Notes: generated by a model from the letters alone, not told the origin. 61,536 nt of DNA, filler included, from Circinaria calcarea (GCA_051942165.1; 10 parts of 10 records of this genome joined end to end with filler, not necessarily neighbours in it), one strand, 5' to 3'. Counted from the first letter of the whole stretch, positions 25,160 through 38,889 are shown. Numbers and translations: made by a program.

Positions 25160-26396
25160 TTAGACCGCCTTCATCCGAACGTGCTCATCCGGTAACCAGA
25201 ATACCACTTCCCGATCCGCACTCGCCATCATGTTGTACCGCGGGTTCCACTCCACAACCCCTATCCTGCTCTCCCGCGGTAATACCGCCATCGGTCTTAA
25301 TACTTTCTCCGCACTCACTTCCCCTTGTGTGTCCCAAATCACCGCGTCGTGTTCACCGCCTGAGGACCCAATGAGATAGCGGCCGTCGGCGGTGAAGGTG
25401 ATGTCACCTTGTGAGGGAGGAATAGCGGAAGAAGGGGGATATGGGGCGGCGCGAAGATTCGAAGGATTGAGAGGGAGGTTAGAAGATGGTCGCACAAGGA
25501 AGGCGCGGATGTCGCCATCGAATGCGTCGAGAAGGAGGTGGCCGAGTGAATTATTGGTGGCCAGAAGGATAGATTTACCATCATTGGAAAACTCGAGTTT
25601 TGTCCAGGCCTGAGAGACGGGGCTATGATGGATACTTCCGTTCATACTATTGCCATTGCTGAGGCTATTGGAGAGGACATGAGGGAGAGAATCAAAGCGT
25701 CGCAGGTCAAATGTGGCGAACGGGGGTTTATCGTAGTTTCGGAGGTCGTAAAGGAGGATGGAGGAGGTGGAAGGGGAAGCAATCCCGATGACGGTGGCGG
25801 AAGGGTCATACGCCGCCAGTGTTGGGGTGGAAAGGTTGAGGCGTCCCTGAGGGGATGGTGAAGACAGCGACCATAGGCGAACAGTGTTATCCAAGGAGCA
25901 AGAGAGAAAAGTATCCGAGGCGGGACACAGAGCTAGGGTTGTAACAGGAGCTGTGTGTCCTTTGAAATAACGAAGGAATTGGTTATCGTGTGTAGAAAGG
26001 TAGCGGATCGTATCGTCGCCTTTTGTGGAGGCGTAGATGATGGATTGGGAATGATGGGTGAAGCGCGCAAGGTGTGCACCATATTTTTTGCTGAAGAGCG
26101 TCTTGATGTGCTTCCCTTCCTTGGCGTTGTACAGTTGTAAAGATTCGTCACTGCAGGCCGCGAGGAGAAATTCCCCCGAGTCGTCAAAGTCGAGGGACGT
26201 CACAGCAGTTTCGGGTTTGCTGAGCTTGAATAGCTGTAGACCGGTTATTAGACGTAGTTTTTGAATGGGTGTCTGGTGGTTTTTGAAGAAGACTCACTTT
26301 CGTCGGCCGCAGATTGCCAATGATTTCAGACGTTTTCTGCGTTGGTAGTGGGCCACCAGCAGGTGGGGGAGGGGGTACCACAGCTGGGCCAGCCAT
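25160..26396 (-). CDS. SWD2: WD40 subunit of COMPASS/CPF (Swd2/WDR82); 2 exons
   Basis: SLDFDDSGE, SKKYGAHLARFTH, IRYLSTHDNQFLRYFKGH, LYDLRNYDKPPF, LEFSNDGK, WNPRYNMMASAD..VVFWLP. Confidence 0.94.
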
Positions 26397-26844
26397 TAAT
26401 TGAGGCTTGGGTTGCTTTACCGCAAAGGTTGTCCAAGAAACAATGATGCAACGCCAGAAAGTCAGAGGATATAGAGAAGAAATAAGAAGTCATCTGCATT
26501 GGCCTTGGTGAATCTCACATACCATAGCAGACTACGGGAGCTATTCACCCGTTAGAGATTGTACATGAATCGGATCTGAGATCTGCCACTAACATCGGGC
26601 CTGCATATCGGCCCGGTCTCGGTAGCATGAAAGCTGTCGAAGTTTCGGGATTACTCAGAGCAACCACGTCTCTTTTTTCTCACCAACCTTTACCTTCCTT
26701 TCAGATGGCGGACTTTCTTGATGCATGCCATAGCTGTCCCAAAGCTTTCCCTTAACTCATAAGGAATATGAATCTCCTAGACCATTTCAGTTAGTCGTTT
26801 GCTGAAGGGAAACTCCCCGAGTGAGCTCCAACTGCCCCGAGAAC

Positions 26845-28009
26845 ATGTCTACCACCATAGGGTATTTTGTCCATGAATGATTTTGAGATCAGCATTTAAT
26901 ATGTGCTTGTAGAGCTTTTATAGCCGGTGGCATTGCCGCTTGCGGTGCCGTCACGGTGACCCATCCCTTCGAGACCGTCAAGATACGGTATGCACTGCGC
27001 CTGGTCCACAGAGCAACCGTCGGCATTGACTAATTGACTTGTGCTTTCAGTCTCCAGTTGCAAGGCGAGTTGCAGTCGAAACTTGAAGCTCCTCGACTGT
27101 ACAAAGGAGTTCTTCATGGCGTGAAGGTAATAGCGCAAAATGAAGGCGCAAAGGGACTTTTTCGAGGGATCGGGGCTGCAGTACGTTTGGGTGTAACTCT
27201 CCTATTGGCTAATACTAGGTTATACTAACTCCTGACTTAGTACGTATACCAAATGGTTCTCAATGGCTGTCGTCTGGGCTTTTACGAACCCATGCGAAAA
27301 GCTGTCGCAACTGCCGTTTTCAAGGATGGCAGTGTGCAGTCATTAGGTGTGAACATCTTCTGTGGTGCTGCCTCTGGTATGCTTGGTGCTGCAGCCGGGT
27401 CGCCCTTCTTTCTTGTAAAGACCCGCCTCCAGTCCTACTCCCCCTTTCTCCCTGTCGGTACGCAGCACGGATACAAGAATGCTGTCGATGGACTGCGTAA
27501 GATAAGCGGTGCCGAAGGTATCAAAGGTCTGTATCGCGGTGTAGGAGCTGCGATGGTTCGTACAGGGTTTGGGAGTAGCGTACAGCTTCCGACGTATTTC
27601 TGGGCAAAAAGAAGATTAGTCAAACACCTTGGTATGGAGGAAGGACCTGCTTTGCATCTGGCAAGTAGTACTGCCAGTGGTTTTGTTGTCTGCTGTGTGA
27701 TGCACCCACCTGGTTTGTTGAATCATGTCTTCCATGGACCATTCCGGGTAGAGCTGACAGCACTCCTTAGATACGATAATGTCACGGATGTACAATCAAA
27801 CCGGTAACCTGTACACAGGAGTGTTTGATTGTTTATACAAGACTATTAAGACAGAAGGTCTGTTGGCGATATACAAGGGATACTTTGCACATCTTGCGCG
27901 AATCTTACCGCATACCATCTTGACTTTGAGTCTTGCCGAGCAGACGAACAGGTTGATGCGGAAGTTCGAGGATAGGATAATACCGCCTGTAATTAAAGAG
28001 AAGATATGA
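26845..28009 (+). CDS. OAC1: Mitochondrial oxaloacetate/sulfate carrier; multi-exon with a 17-nt first exon
   Basis: FIAGGIAACGAVTVTHPFETVKIR|LQLQGEL, YQMVLNGCRLGFYEP, GSPFFLVKTRLQSYS, RTGFGSSVQLPTY, SRMYNQ, RILPHTILTL. Confidence 0.94.
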
Positions 28010-29250
28010 ACAGGTGCAATGACAACCGAGAAACATGATATCGCCAATGATCTGTCAATAAGTCGCGTGGATCAACGGAGGAAAAATTTCAGCCGGTGCC
28101 GTGCTTGCTGTTGGGAGCGCTTGAAGCAAAATAATAAAAATAATAATTTCAGCCACGCCGCCGATTCGAACAGTCGACCTTCCAGTTTGAACTTCAAAAA
28201 CGGCAAAAGCTATCATCCTCGGGCAGAGCAGGTTACCCCATAGAATAGTGAAAGCCAACGGGGTTTTGCAGCTACGGAAGTTGGGATCGCAAGACAAAGG
28301 CAGGGATGCTAAGGGGTTGGAAGGGTCAAGGGTCTACAATTGGCAATTGGGCATCCAAACGGGTTAGTCACAAATGGGCCATGGGATGGAAAGGATGGAT
28401 TGCCATTGAGCTAAGATGGTTAGAATGGAGCCTGACATTGAAAATAAGTTTCTAATCAGGCTTTTTAAAGTCTAAATGAAGATTCGACCACATCATAGAA
28501 GAACCAATATCCAGTGCACTTGTGCTAGCTACGCTTTACCCATCACCTTTCCAGCACAATACCCTTAGCTATGGATCTTTGGAGGCCGTGATCGGATTTG
28601 TTATGACTGCAGTTACTTTACACTACACAAGCCATATTCATCTCCGCTTTGGACTGGTGTCTTCTACAGTGCTACAATACAGCGTATTCCGAGCTTCTCA
28701 GGATACCTTACGAGGTCCCTTACCGTCTTTACTGTACACGTGTAATATATCAGTATATAATTGCTAGTAACTTAACTGTCGCCTTTGAAGCTTGACGAGA
28801 TCTTTAGCATAGGCTACAAATATCTTATCTTGACATATTGTAAGGATTTTACGTGTAGTATCGCAGCCTCGGACATAAGTCAATAAATGGTATACCGTCC
28901 AGCTCCACTATAAACGATTGATCAGAAAGACGGTTTGTCCAATGCCTGCATGTTGAGTCGAAAATAGGATACTTCCTCACAGTTGAAGAGAGAATCTACT
29001 TCTTACGATATTAATTTGTGCACAGGGACACTGGTAGCTCATGCGTTAATTAGGCATTTACAGCTAGAAGTCCGCAACTCAACAGTCTGTGTATGACAGC
29101 ATTGATGGGCACAAAAGAGACTATATTGTAGAGTTTCGCTTATCTAGGGTAAATTAGTGAGTTCCGGGAGTTACTCCGTAGTGGCTTCTCACCCCGGACC
29201 GAGACTAGTGAATTAGAGAAATTACGTTATTAGCGCCATTCACGACATTT

Positions 29251-29256
29251 ACGCGT
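29251..29256 (+). promoter_or_regulatory. MCB (MluI cell-cycle box) ACGCGT upstream of RNR2
   Basis: Exact ACGCGT about 150 bp upstream of the ATG of a DNA-synthesis gene. A single hexamer could also occur by chance. Confidence 0.5.
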
Positions 29257-29404
29257 TCCGGTCAACACGCTAACGTCATGTTAAGTACTCGATGCCTGCC
29301 CTTTATCTTTCTCTCCACCTCACGTCTAACCATCACTCTTCATCTAGATTTTACAGAGCAGTACAGCCTCGGTCAAGATACATTTATTCTTGTGATTTCA
29401 CATA

Positions 29405-30756
29405 ATGGCTGTCCAAGTCACGCCTTCAAAGAAGGTAGGCAATCCGCCGCCACGCTGCTGTCACGCCCGACCTTGGTGTTGATGCTAATATACATGTTGG
29501 CCAGGCTGCAGCAGGGATTGAAAACCTTAAGATGGACTCCCCAGCCAAGAAAATCAACTTTGAGGCTGTCGGCAAAGAGAATGTAGTACACGACACTCCG
29601 GCAGTTGACGACTTCGACGTCAAGAAATCGCTTCTCGAAGTTGTCAAGACAGAGGAGAAACCTGTTGCTACTCAGGTAGTTGCGCCAACAATTAAGCCTG
29701 AAGAGGCCGATGAGCCTCTGCTCCAAGAGAACCCTCACCGCTTCGTCCTCTTCCCTATCAAGTATCATGAGGTATGGATAACATGCGCCGCCCATACAAC
29801 ACTTTTCGCATCATGAGCTGACTTGCATTTACCCTAGATCTGGCAGATGTACAAGAAAGCTGAGGCGTCTTTCTGGACGGCCGAGGAGATTGACTTATCC
29901 AAGGATCTACACGACTGGAACAATCGATTGAACGATGACGAACGCTACTTTGTCTCCCACGTCCTTGCCTTCTTCGCTGCCTCGGATGGCATTGTCAATG
30001 AAAATCTCGTCGAACGTTTCAGTGGAGAAGTACAAATACCCGAGGCGCGATGCTTCTACGGCTTTCAGATCATGATGGAGAACATTCACTCCGAAACATA
30101 CTCGCTTCTCATCGATACCTACATCAAGGAGCAAAAACAACGCACATATTTATTCGACGCGATAGACACCAGTGAGTAATGGTGCCCAAATGCTAAACAC
30201 GATGAGATGCTGACATCGACAAGTCCCCTGCATCCGTAAGAAGGCCGACTGGGCAATTAAGTGGATACAAGACAAAGACTCTACTTTTGCCCAACGCCTC
30301 GTCGCATTCGCTGCTGTCGAAGGCATTTTCTTCAGTGGCTCCTTCGCCTCGGTCTTCTGGCTTAAGAAGCGCGGTCTCATGCCCGGTCTTACATTCTCCA
30401 ACGAGCTCATTTCCCGTGACGAAGGTCTCCACACCGACTTTGCTTGTCTCCTCTTCTCCCATCTCAACAACCGACCCAGCAAACAAGCTGTCCAAGACGT
30501 CATCACCGAGGCCGTCACTATTGAACAAGAATTCCTTACGGATGCTCTGCCTTGCGCACTTCTCGGCATGAACGCAAATCTGATGAAACAGTACATTGAG
30601 TTCGTGGCCGATCGGCTCCTCGTCGCCCTCGGCAATCAAAAGTTCTACAACTCAACCAACCCGTTCGATTTCATGGAATCGATATCCCTTGCCGGCAAGA
30701 CCAACTTTTTTGAAAAACGCGTCGGTGATTATCAGAAAGCGGGCGTGATGGCCAGC
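29405..30756 (+). CDS. RNR2: Ribonucleoside-diphosphate reductase small subunit (3' end truncated)
   Basis: [78 protein letters not shown]. Confidence 0.98.
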
Positions 30757-30856
30757 NNNNNNNNNNNNNNNNNNNNNNNNNNNNNNNNNNNNNNNNNNNN
30801 TTAATTAATTAANNNNNNNNNNNNNNNNNNNNNNNNNNNNNNNNNNNNNNNNNNNN
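30757..30856. other. Artificial contig linker
   Basis: N44-TTAATTAATTAA-N44. Confidence 0.99.
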
Positions 30857-31169
30857 TCTTGATATCGAGTTCAGCCAAGGAGCGGAACCTCTGGACTACC
30901 TCATGTAAACGCTGTTCAATGGCCTTATAATGAGATAGTGAAAGCTGGTAAGTAAAGCTAACATGTACCGATCGATGGGAATCTGAGCTCTCGGAAATCT
31001 GAAGCTCAACATCGGCGCCTGAGGACAGAGAAGGTAAGACGGCTACTACAGCAGCTCCATGCCCAAACTTGACCAGAGCTCCTGCCAAATCCCTGGTACA
31101 TTGCTTTGGTTTGGTTAGCCGGTTGCTGCTTTTTTTAAAGACGAACTTGGTACTTACCATATTGCTCAA
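30857..31169 (-). CDS. Partial gene: N-terminal region of a paralogue of the RBR ligase at 33783-35182 (runs off contig)
   Basis: KPKQCTRDLAGALVKFGHGAAVVAV...HYKAIEQRL aligns by eye with APKTYTRHGAGGLVLFAPGASVYAF...KYKAISNEL of the upstream gene. True start not resolved. Confidence 0.6.
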
Positions 31170-33782
31170 TTCGACTGAATTTCATAGAGATAGGCCCTGT
31201 GTGAACTTATACTCAATTATGCCGAACAAACTCACATATGCAGAACTTTCCTACCAGACAGGGACTTTGTTCACAGTATCCTTCTTTCCTCATTTCCTCG
31301 GAATAAATCTCGGGTGGAGTCCTATAGTTTGCAGCAAATGCACGAAAATGTGAATGCTCTTTAGAAATTGAAATGCCAGCGGTGAATCCGTATGAATATG
31401 GGTGGATGCAGTTAGACAACCTGATCTGGGTGTCGTGGGAAGAATCAAATAGCCCTCGAGAGAAGCAAGTGTAAATATGTTTCGGAGAGCCGAAGATAAG
31501 ATGTCACTAACAATACATCTGTGTTGAGTCTTTTAAAGACATCAAAAGAAACCGAAGGAAATAGAACACCGCATTGTTACCTTTGATGGTAAGAAATCTC
31601 AACACAAGATCTAGGCTCTTAAGCCGGAAGTCCGTCGCCATTTTCAGTCAATTCTTGAATCGGCTTCTCATATATACCAGAGGCCTTATCTCGGCATCCC
31701 TGGACATAGCAGGTTGGTTCGAGAAGTTGTCGAGATGAGCATCAATCGTGGCTAATCCCAGGGTAGGCAAGGCCAACCATTTTCCCAAAACTGCGCACGG
31801 GGGCAGGCCCCACCCGGGTAATGGTAACCTCGAGGAAACGATACCTGTACACAAGGAAGCCGCCAGTATCCATGTAAACCAGAAGTATGATCCCTAAATA
31901 GAGAGAAACCAGCTAGTAAAGCTCCCATCCTATTTGTATAGCCATCCTCCTCAATCAGTGATCCTAAATTTATATACTGCTCATCCGTGGGAACACCGAA
32001 ACCAAGCTAACTTTACACCGCTTTCGAATTTTGAAGACGACAGCTGTCTGCGCGGAGCCCCAGTTTCTTCCAGGACGCCCTAGCCCTTTGCTACCTCATA
32101 TCCGACCTCCATCTCCGCACTCAGAAATGCGATGTACCCGTCTCTTTTAGATATGGCAATCTTCCCCAATTCATAGCATTCCAAGCCGATCCAGCGCAGC
32201 TTCTTTTCCCATATGAACGCATGTTAATGTTGTGCCGGCATATATTAAGATTGGCACGCTGAGAACCTCATTGAGAGAAGCTCAAACCCATTTCCCAAAA
32301 CCAACCTGAGGTGAGTCTGTGAGTTCTGTTAGTCCGGCCTAAGGTTTCACCGATGCGGTCGCTACAGTAACTCCTGCTGATAGCATTGTCACTGACATAC
32401 CCCTGGGAGGTATTTTGAATTGATATCAATAAAGTTCTAACAAATATTAGGGGCAAGGAATATTCCTCTTCGTTTAGATGATTTTTCGGCGGGAAGGGTA
32501 AATGCTCGGTCACCCTACTGTTTCTACTAATTTCTGTCTCATCATCATCTTTCCGGTCTTCCACCCTATTTAACGTCCCTGAGGCAATCAACTCGGTCGA
32601 GAATTCGATATCGCCTACAGCTCCGGCTAAGTTTTGACAGCGTCGATTTGTGTAGGTACGTTCCAGGAGTAACCCGCATATTTCCCTGTCATTCTTTTCG
32701 AGTCGTGCTTTTGCCTAGCCGCCAATCCGATACTTGATGGCTAGTAGCGGCGTTGCTATGAAGGAGAATGGAAGAAATCTTTGCTCAGGTCGGTTCCTGG
32801 TCCCATGGTTGAAAACTAGCTCCTTTCCGTTGAGTTCCTTCAAGCATAATGTATACAAGTCTTGTCTAAAACTTCAATCTAACAGGGGTTGGAGAGGAGC
32901 ACCCCTCATACTTTCACCGGCAACGACTATTTCATGATTGGCCTCGTTATAGTATCTCTATGGCTTAGATCCTTATGGTCTTGTGATAAGTTAGTGTTTT
33001 TGGGGAGCTTAAAGCTTATGGAATGGAGTTCACTCCAGCACCAGTAGGGTGGGAGGCACTTATTGATTTACAAGCGTGATACTGCGTACATTGCCAGCCA
33101 AGGATAGATGCTTTGCTACATCCGCCAGCGGGACTACTGGTCAGAATCATGCAGTCAAACTAGTTTATCGAGATTCCACGTTCATGTTGAGCATTCGCGT
33201 GCTATTCTGAATTTTTCCACTAAAACCCTAGAAATTGTGTGCATCAGTCTGTTCAAAGTAAGACATACTGCATTGAGCTAACAGCCATAGAAACAGAAGG
33301 CACTACTTTCTGATCTAGCTGCAACCTTTGCTGCTCTGGCGGTAATCGCCAGAACGTCAAGCCCATCAGGGACTGTTAGAGGTACTGGATGCCAACAAGT
33401 CTGCTTCCGAAATGCAAAATACTCAAAGAGCAGCAGAAAAAAGCCAATCATGCCTACAAGGCCACAGGCTATAACCTTCATTAGTGGTGTTGTTGGACCG
33501 CACATCTGTTTACCCTATTTGCCCAATGGATCTTGTCGACGGCCTTGGTAATATAAATTTACCAAAGGTGTACCATGCCGTTTTAGACAAAAACCATCTA
33601 GTTCTCGGTTGCCCTCCCTAAAACCTTTGTTCAATCTGTAGAAAGCACACTTGTTCGTTCTTGTTCTTCAATCTGCAATTGCTGGCGCACAAACACATCA
33701 TCTATTCGTATGCCAACACCGCTTCAGTCTCCTGGCCAAGGCGCTGCATAACGTCCAAGTCGTCCCTCGACTCCACATCTTG

Positions 33783-35182
33783 CTAATGCTCATCATGTCC
33801 CATCTCTTCATCATCCAATTCAGCATCGTAATCAATAATTCCTCCGTGAGCGCTCAGCATATGGTCGTAAACTTCATCGCCCTTGTTGAAGACTTCAAGG
33901 CATACCCAGCAAATATTTGCGCTGCAGCTTCCGCATTTGACGAGGTTACATCCCTCAGCTTTTTGAATGATAATCCCACATTTAGGGCAGTCTTTGGCGT
34001 TGTTTTCCGCTTTCCACTTTGCGAGTGCTGCCTTGCCTCCTTCAATTCTCTCCTGAAACGCCATGCAGGTCTCGTCTATGTGGTAAGAGACGTTACATTG
34101 CATGCAGATGTCTTCGAAACAAGTCGGACAAGTTAGGATACCCTCTGAGATTTCATAAACTTGCGGGCAGCATGGTGTGGGGCAGTTGCGGTAGGTTTTA
34201 AACTCGGCGTTGAGAAAGATTTTGAGACATCGTGCCAAGAGTTCTTCGAACTGGTTGTATGTCAAGGCAGACTGCATTTCTGCCAAGAGGAAGACCGATT
34301 TACATACTTGGCAACGAATTGGTATGTCTTTTTCCTCCACAGTAGCACATCGATGTGCAAAGCAGTCTTTGCAATAGACATGACCGCAATGAAATTGATA
34401 CGTGTTGACAGCCTTACCTAGGCATACTGGACAGTTATCATCGACTTCGTATTTGGGTCCAATCTCAAGAGTTCCGACGGTGAGCTTCTCCACCATATCC
34501 ACGAATGTGGCCTTGCACATAGCCCTTCCGCCGGTAGAGCCAAAGAGATACAACTTGTGCTCTAAGGAGCTTAGATGAACATGTACATTGAGCTGGCAGC
34601 CGGTTCCCTTAAGATAGGCTAGTCCGTCCTCGGTGAGAAAGAAGTCATGCCAGACAGGTCGAGAACCGTAAATCACGGGATGTCCTTTCAATATCCTATT
34701 GACCTCGCGGCGGGCATAAGCAACGGATTTTGCACTCCATCCAGCAATGCTCAATTTTGCTTTTCCACGTAGCTGAACATTCTCGTTTTCACTCTCCCAA
34801 GTGACGGTTATACCTGCATTCCAAAACAAGCGTTGACGGAGAGCAAAGAGTTCGTTGCTGATAGCCTTGTACTTGGTGCCACGGGTATCCAAGACCTTAT
34901 GGATTGTAATAAGGCCGTCAATCTTGACTTCACCTGGCTGCTTGATAGATCCTTCATTGGGCCGGAAAGCATAAACGCTGGCACCCGGTGCAAAGAGTAC
35001 CAAACCTCCAGCACCGTGACGGGTGTAGGTTTTCGGAGCCTTTTGATTATGTGTAAGCTTAAGTTGTAAGAGTAATATCATCAGTTTACCTCTTTAATTT
35101 TACGATGCATCGTGAGAATCTTCTCGGCCTCAACCGGGTCTCCTAGAGGGATAGCAATAGGTTTATGGTTCGACTCATCCAT
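33783..35182 (-). CDS. RBR (RING1-IBR-RING2, Ariadne-like) E3 ubiquitin ligase; 2 exons
   Basis: RING1 CPVC..CGHVYCKDC..CQVC; IBR CPTPCC..CPTC..CMQCNVSYH..C; RING2 CPKC..IQKAEGCNLVKC..C..ICWVC. Exon 1 MDESNHK..KIKE joins by a phase-0 intron at about 35040-35089. Confidence 0.9.
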
Positions 35183-36915
35183 GACTGTGGTTCAGGTGTA
35201 TTGTGTATTGGAGTCTACTCAGTGATATCCAACATCAACATCTAAATATTTGCATGAAACATGAATGGATTAGAATCTTACCTGCTGATGTACAATATCA
35301 AGATCAAGGTAAATATCCAACCCACAACTGTATGATCGAGATGTGGTGGCAGTGGAAGGAAAGATGTTACGTTGGTGGTGAAGAATTTAGAAAATTTGGT
35401 AAACAAAGGAAACTCTTATACTTCCGAGATTTAGCGGTGATCGCCGTCGCTAGCACTGAGTCTGTGAATGACAGTAAAACACGTATGCATTCTTATGACT
35501 TTGAAAATTCTGTGAATTTTTGACAATGCATGATGCACCCCCTGGGCTTTGAGACTTCGGTCAGTGGTGGGTTGTAGGGCCGACCTTGTGAGCACATAAT
35601 GGACTTCTTCCATGTGATCTACGAAAGAGTTCTTTTTAAGTGTTTCACTATCAAGCGAAAATCCCCACCACATTCTGCGGGCCACATCGTGGGAGAGTTA
35701 ATACGAACTCCTTCGTAGTTTGGAGGCGTCCTTGAGCTAGCATACGTCCTGAATCGCATCAATCAATTAAACAGGTCACAACGTTGAAGCAGTTCAAGTG
35801 TTCCTCGACATTACGCCCATGTTCATTGTGAGTAACATAACTAACTTAGATGATAGTGCTGAGAACCCCTGTACTTAGAGAATCCTCCTATCAACGAACA
35901 TGACATCGAATGCTTCTAGCTTCTACTAGTATGTTTCCATAAACACAACGAAAAACATCACAAACAGTAAGGTGTATTCGACTTTGCAGAACGACAGCTA
36001 CGAAAAGTATTGAAGCCGCTGCAGGAAGGATTCAACCATCCTTAAAAACCGCAGACTCATCTTTACATACCTATGAACCAAATGAAGGGTATGGAAATGC
36101 AAGAAAACTAAGAAAGGAACGTGAGAACATCTTCTGGGCCCAACCAGAGCTTTCACTGCCGACCATACATACTGCTGCTGCTATAAGAATAAACCAGTGA
36201 ACTCGATAACCAAAGAAGTTTTCGGCAGGGAAAATAGGAGGAAATGGGATAACCCGCTGTTCATAATCCAGGGGGAATTTCTAGGGAGAGCGCAACAGAA
36301 GGCTGCCTGGGACATGGTTGAACAGATGGTGGATCCTAGAGAAGAGCTGGAATAAACTCTTTAGGCGTAACGTTCTAGAGATCAGATGGGCCAGAAGAAG
36401 AAAATTGAACAGATCTAGTCTGGTCATGCTGGATAACCTCGATCATGAAAAAGGATCGACATGAGTGTCGTTGAAGTAAGGTACTACGTGCTTGAATGCG
36501 CTATCCTCGGCGCCGTCCTCCGATCCGGCAGACTGGGTTGGCACGGTTCGTGCTGCTTGAGGGATACATGCTTAAGCTCCTCGACGGAAACCCTCTATTC
36601 TAGTAAATTCAGCTCAGCTATGCCTACTCCGAAGATAAATTTTTAACATCCAGCAATAGTGGTTCAACGAAACGCCGATAGGGGCGTTCTAGCAAAGCGA
36701 GGGGAAGCTTGACTAAATTGCTCCATACAGCGGACTCTATTCCATCTATGTGTATCTATGAGCGTATGTATGCCTCAAGAGCCTCTACAGCCAAAAGCCT
36801 GCCTTATCCTCCAACAAAGATCCACCAGCCCACGGGACCAAACGAAACATAGCAATCTACATTCCAAACTCTCCTAAACAGGAACACCTCCGTACTCCAC
36901 CTCCATCCCCACCTC

Positions 36916-37015
36916 NNNNNNNNNNNNNNNNNNNNNNNNNNNNNNNNNNNNNNNNNNNNTTAATTAATTAANNNNNNNNNNNNNNNNNNNNNNNNNNNNN
37001 NNNNNNNNNNNNNNN
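36916..37015. other. Artificial contig linker
   Basis: N44-TTAATTAATTAA-N44. Confidence 0.99.
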
Positions 37016-38889
37016 CTCCGCCCATATCCCAAAAGCCTCCTCTCCCCAGGCTCGGAAACTAACTTCCTCTACAATGGTTGGAGTGACGATTTCCTTGCCC
37101 GGAAACGCGCCCCAGGTTACCGCATTGACTGCCTCCCTGCTCTCACTACTCTCAAACTCTGTACACGAAGAGTTTGTGGCGTACCAACTGACCTGAGGCG
37201 CTATTGCTGGGTCTTGGAGTCTAGAACGGAGGACATTATGCCAGTCCGGAGTAGGGATGAAGAATTCCACGAATGCTTTCTGAAAAACAAAACCTCCTTT
37301 CGGACCCCAGCCAAAGATGGGATCGGAGCTAGGAAGACCGTCAACGGCAGGTTGTGAGGCGACGCTCCACCAGCCCCTTTCTTCAATCAGCCTGCATAGC
37401 TCGTTCCTGATAACCGCCGTTTCTTCGTTCAGACCACCTTCGCTCCAAGGTAATTGATCCAACTCACCCAAGACATGGCGCTTGAAGAGAGAACTAATAT
37501 CTTGGTGGGTGGCTGGCAAACCCCATTTTGACCGCGCGGCGGCAGGTGAAAGATGTAAGGACAGACCGTATCCGTCTATTTCGCCAAAAGCAGGAGACCG
37601 AGCGTCACCAAATCGACCATTGGGGTAATCATCCCAAGTTGCTTCGCGGCCGAGAGACCCGACACCGTAGCTTATGGCAAGTGTCGTCGCGCGTGATGGA
37701 GGCCCGAGGGGAGAGGTAGCTGTAGTGGATGAAGAACAATCTGAATCATTATTCACATGGTTGTGCGGTGAGGAAGGGCGGCGAATGGGGATTCCATTCG
37801 TAAACTTTAAAGGGGCACTTGTCGGGTGCACCCCGTTGATCGTGGGAGGACGCTTGTCCTCAAAAGCGGAGGTGTGACCGTTGCTACCGGGTGTAGTTGG
37901 CGGAATAAGCTGACACCTTTCGAGGACAAACCCAACCGCTTTTTCTAGGTTTAACGTATAGAAATGAAAACCTCTGGGTCTGCTGTTCTTCACATCTTTA
38001 ATGCCTTCGACTATGTCGCTGATGATATCCACCCCTACACTTTTGACCTCTTCATCGTCACCTTTGACACCTTCTAATTTTGCTAGTATGTCCTGAGGTA
38101 ACCTTGCATGACTGAGTATCGAGGTTCGTTTGAGGATCTGATAGTTCTGAATTGGCATCAAGCCAGGAATAATCGGTACATCTTTCAGTATGCCCCCATC
38201 CCATTCGGCTACGGTCCTTTCGTATCGTAAATATGCGTCCTTGTCATAAAACAATTGTGTCATAATGAAGTCTGCACCAGCTGCAATTTTCTCTGCTAAG
38301 AATGGCATGTCTTTTATCGGATCCTGATCCACTGGATGCGATTCGTCTGAATGCCCCTCGGGATAGCCGGCCACACCAATACAAAAGCAATCCCCGTGCT
38401 CCTTTCTTATGTACCTTACCAAATCCACCGCCCAGACGAAATCCCCGTCTTCCTCTTGTGCCTCCCCTTCGATCCTATACTCTTCCCCCCTTGGCGGGTC
38501 TCCCCTCAACGCAAGAATATTTCTGATCCCTAATGCCTTTGCTTCCTCCAGCGCATCATCCACTATCCTTTTACTCATATTCGTACATGTTAAATGCAGG
38601 CATGTCGTTAGTCCTAATTGCCGTTGGCAGATCTCGGCGAGTTCAAGGGATTTGGAGGAGGTGGTGCCTCCGGCGCCCCAGGTCACGGTGACAAAGAGGG
38701 GACGCAGAGCAAGGGACATTCGAGAGAGACGGGCCTGAAGGTTTGATAGACCCTAAATTGGTCAGTAAAGTAGCAAATGGTTGTTGGGGTTGGGGTTCAA
38801 ACCATCTGAGTTTTGGGCGGGAAAAACTCGAGGGAAAAATAATTGGCATCCGGGGGGAGGGCAGCGATCTTCTCTGTGATTTTCTCCAT
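37016..38889 (-). CDS. MET12: Methylenetetrahydrofolate reductase, Met12-type (3' end truncated)
   Basis: FSLEFFPPKT, LFVTVTWGAGG, HLTCTN, NILALRGDPP, GVAGYPEGH, TQLFYD, HFYTLNLE, TWDDYPNGRFGD, NAVTWGAFP. The N-terminus resembles Met12 more than Met13. Confidence 0.92.

Noticed and set aside
35200..36915. Possible gene remnants upstream of the RBR gene
   Set aside because: Short stop-interrupted frames with no recognisable family.
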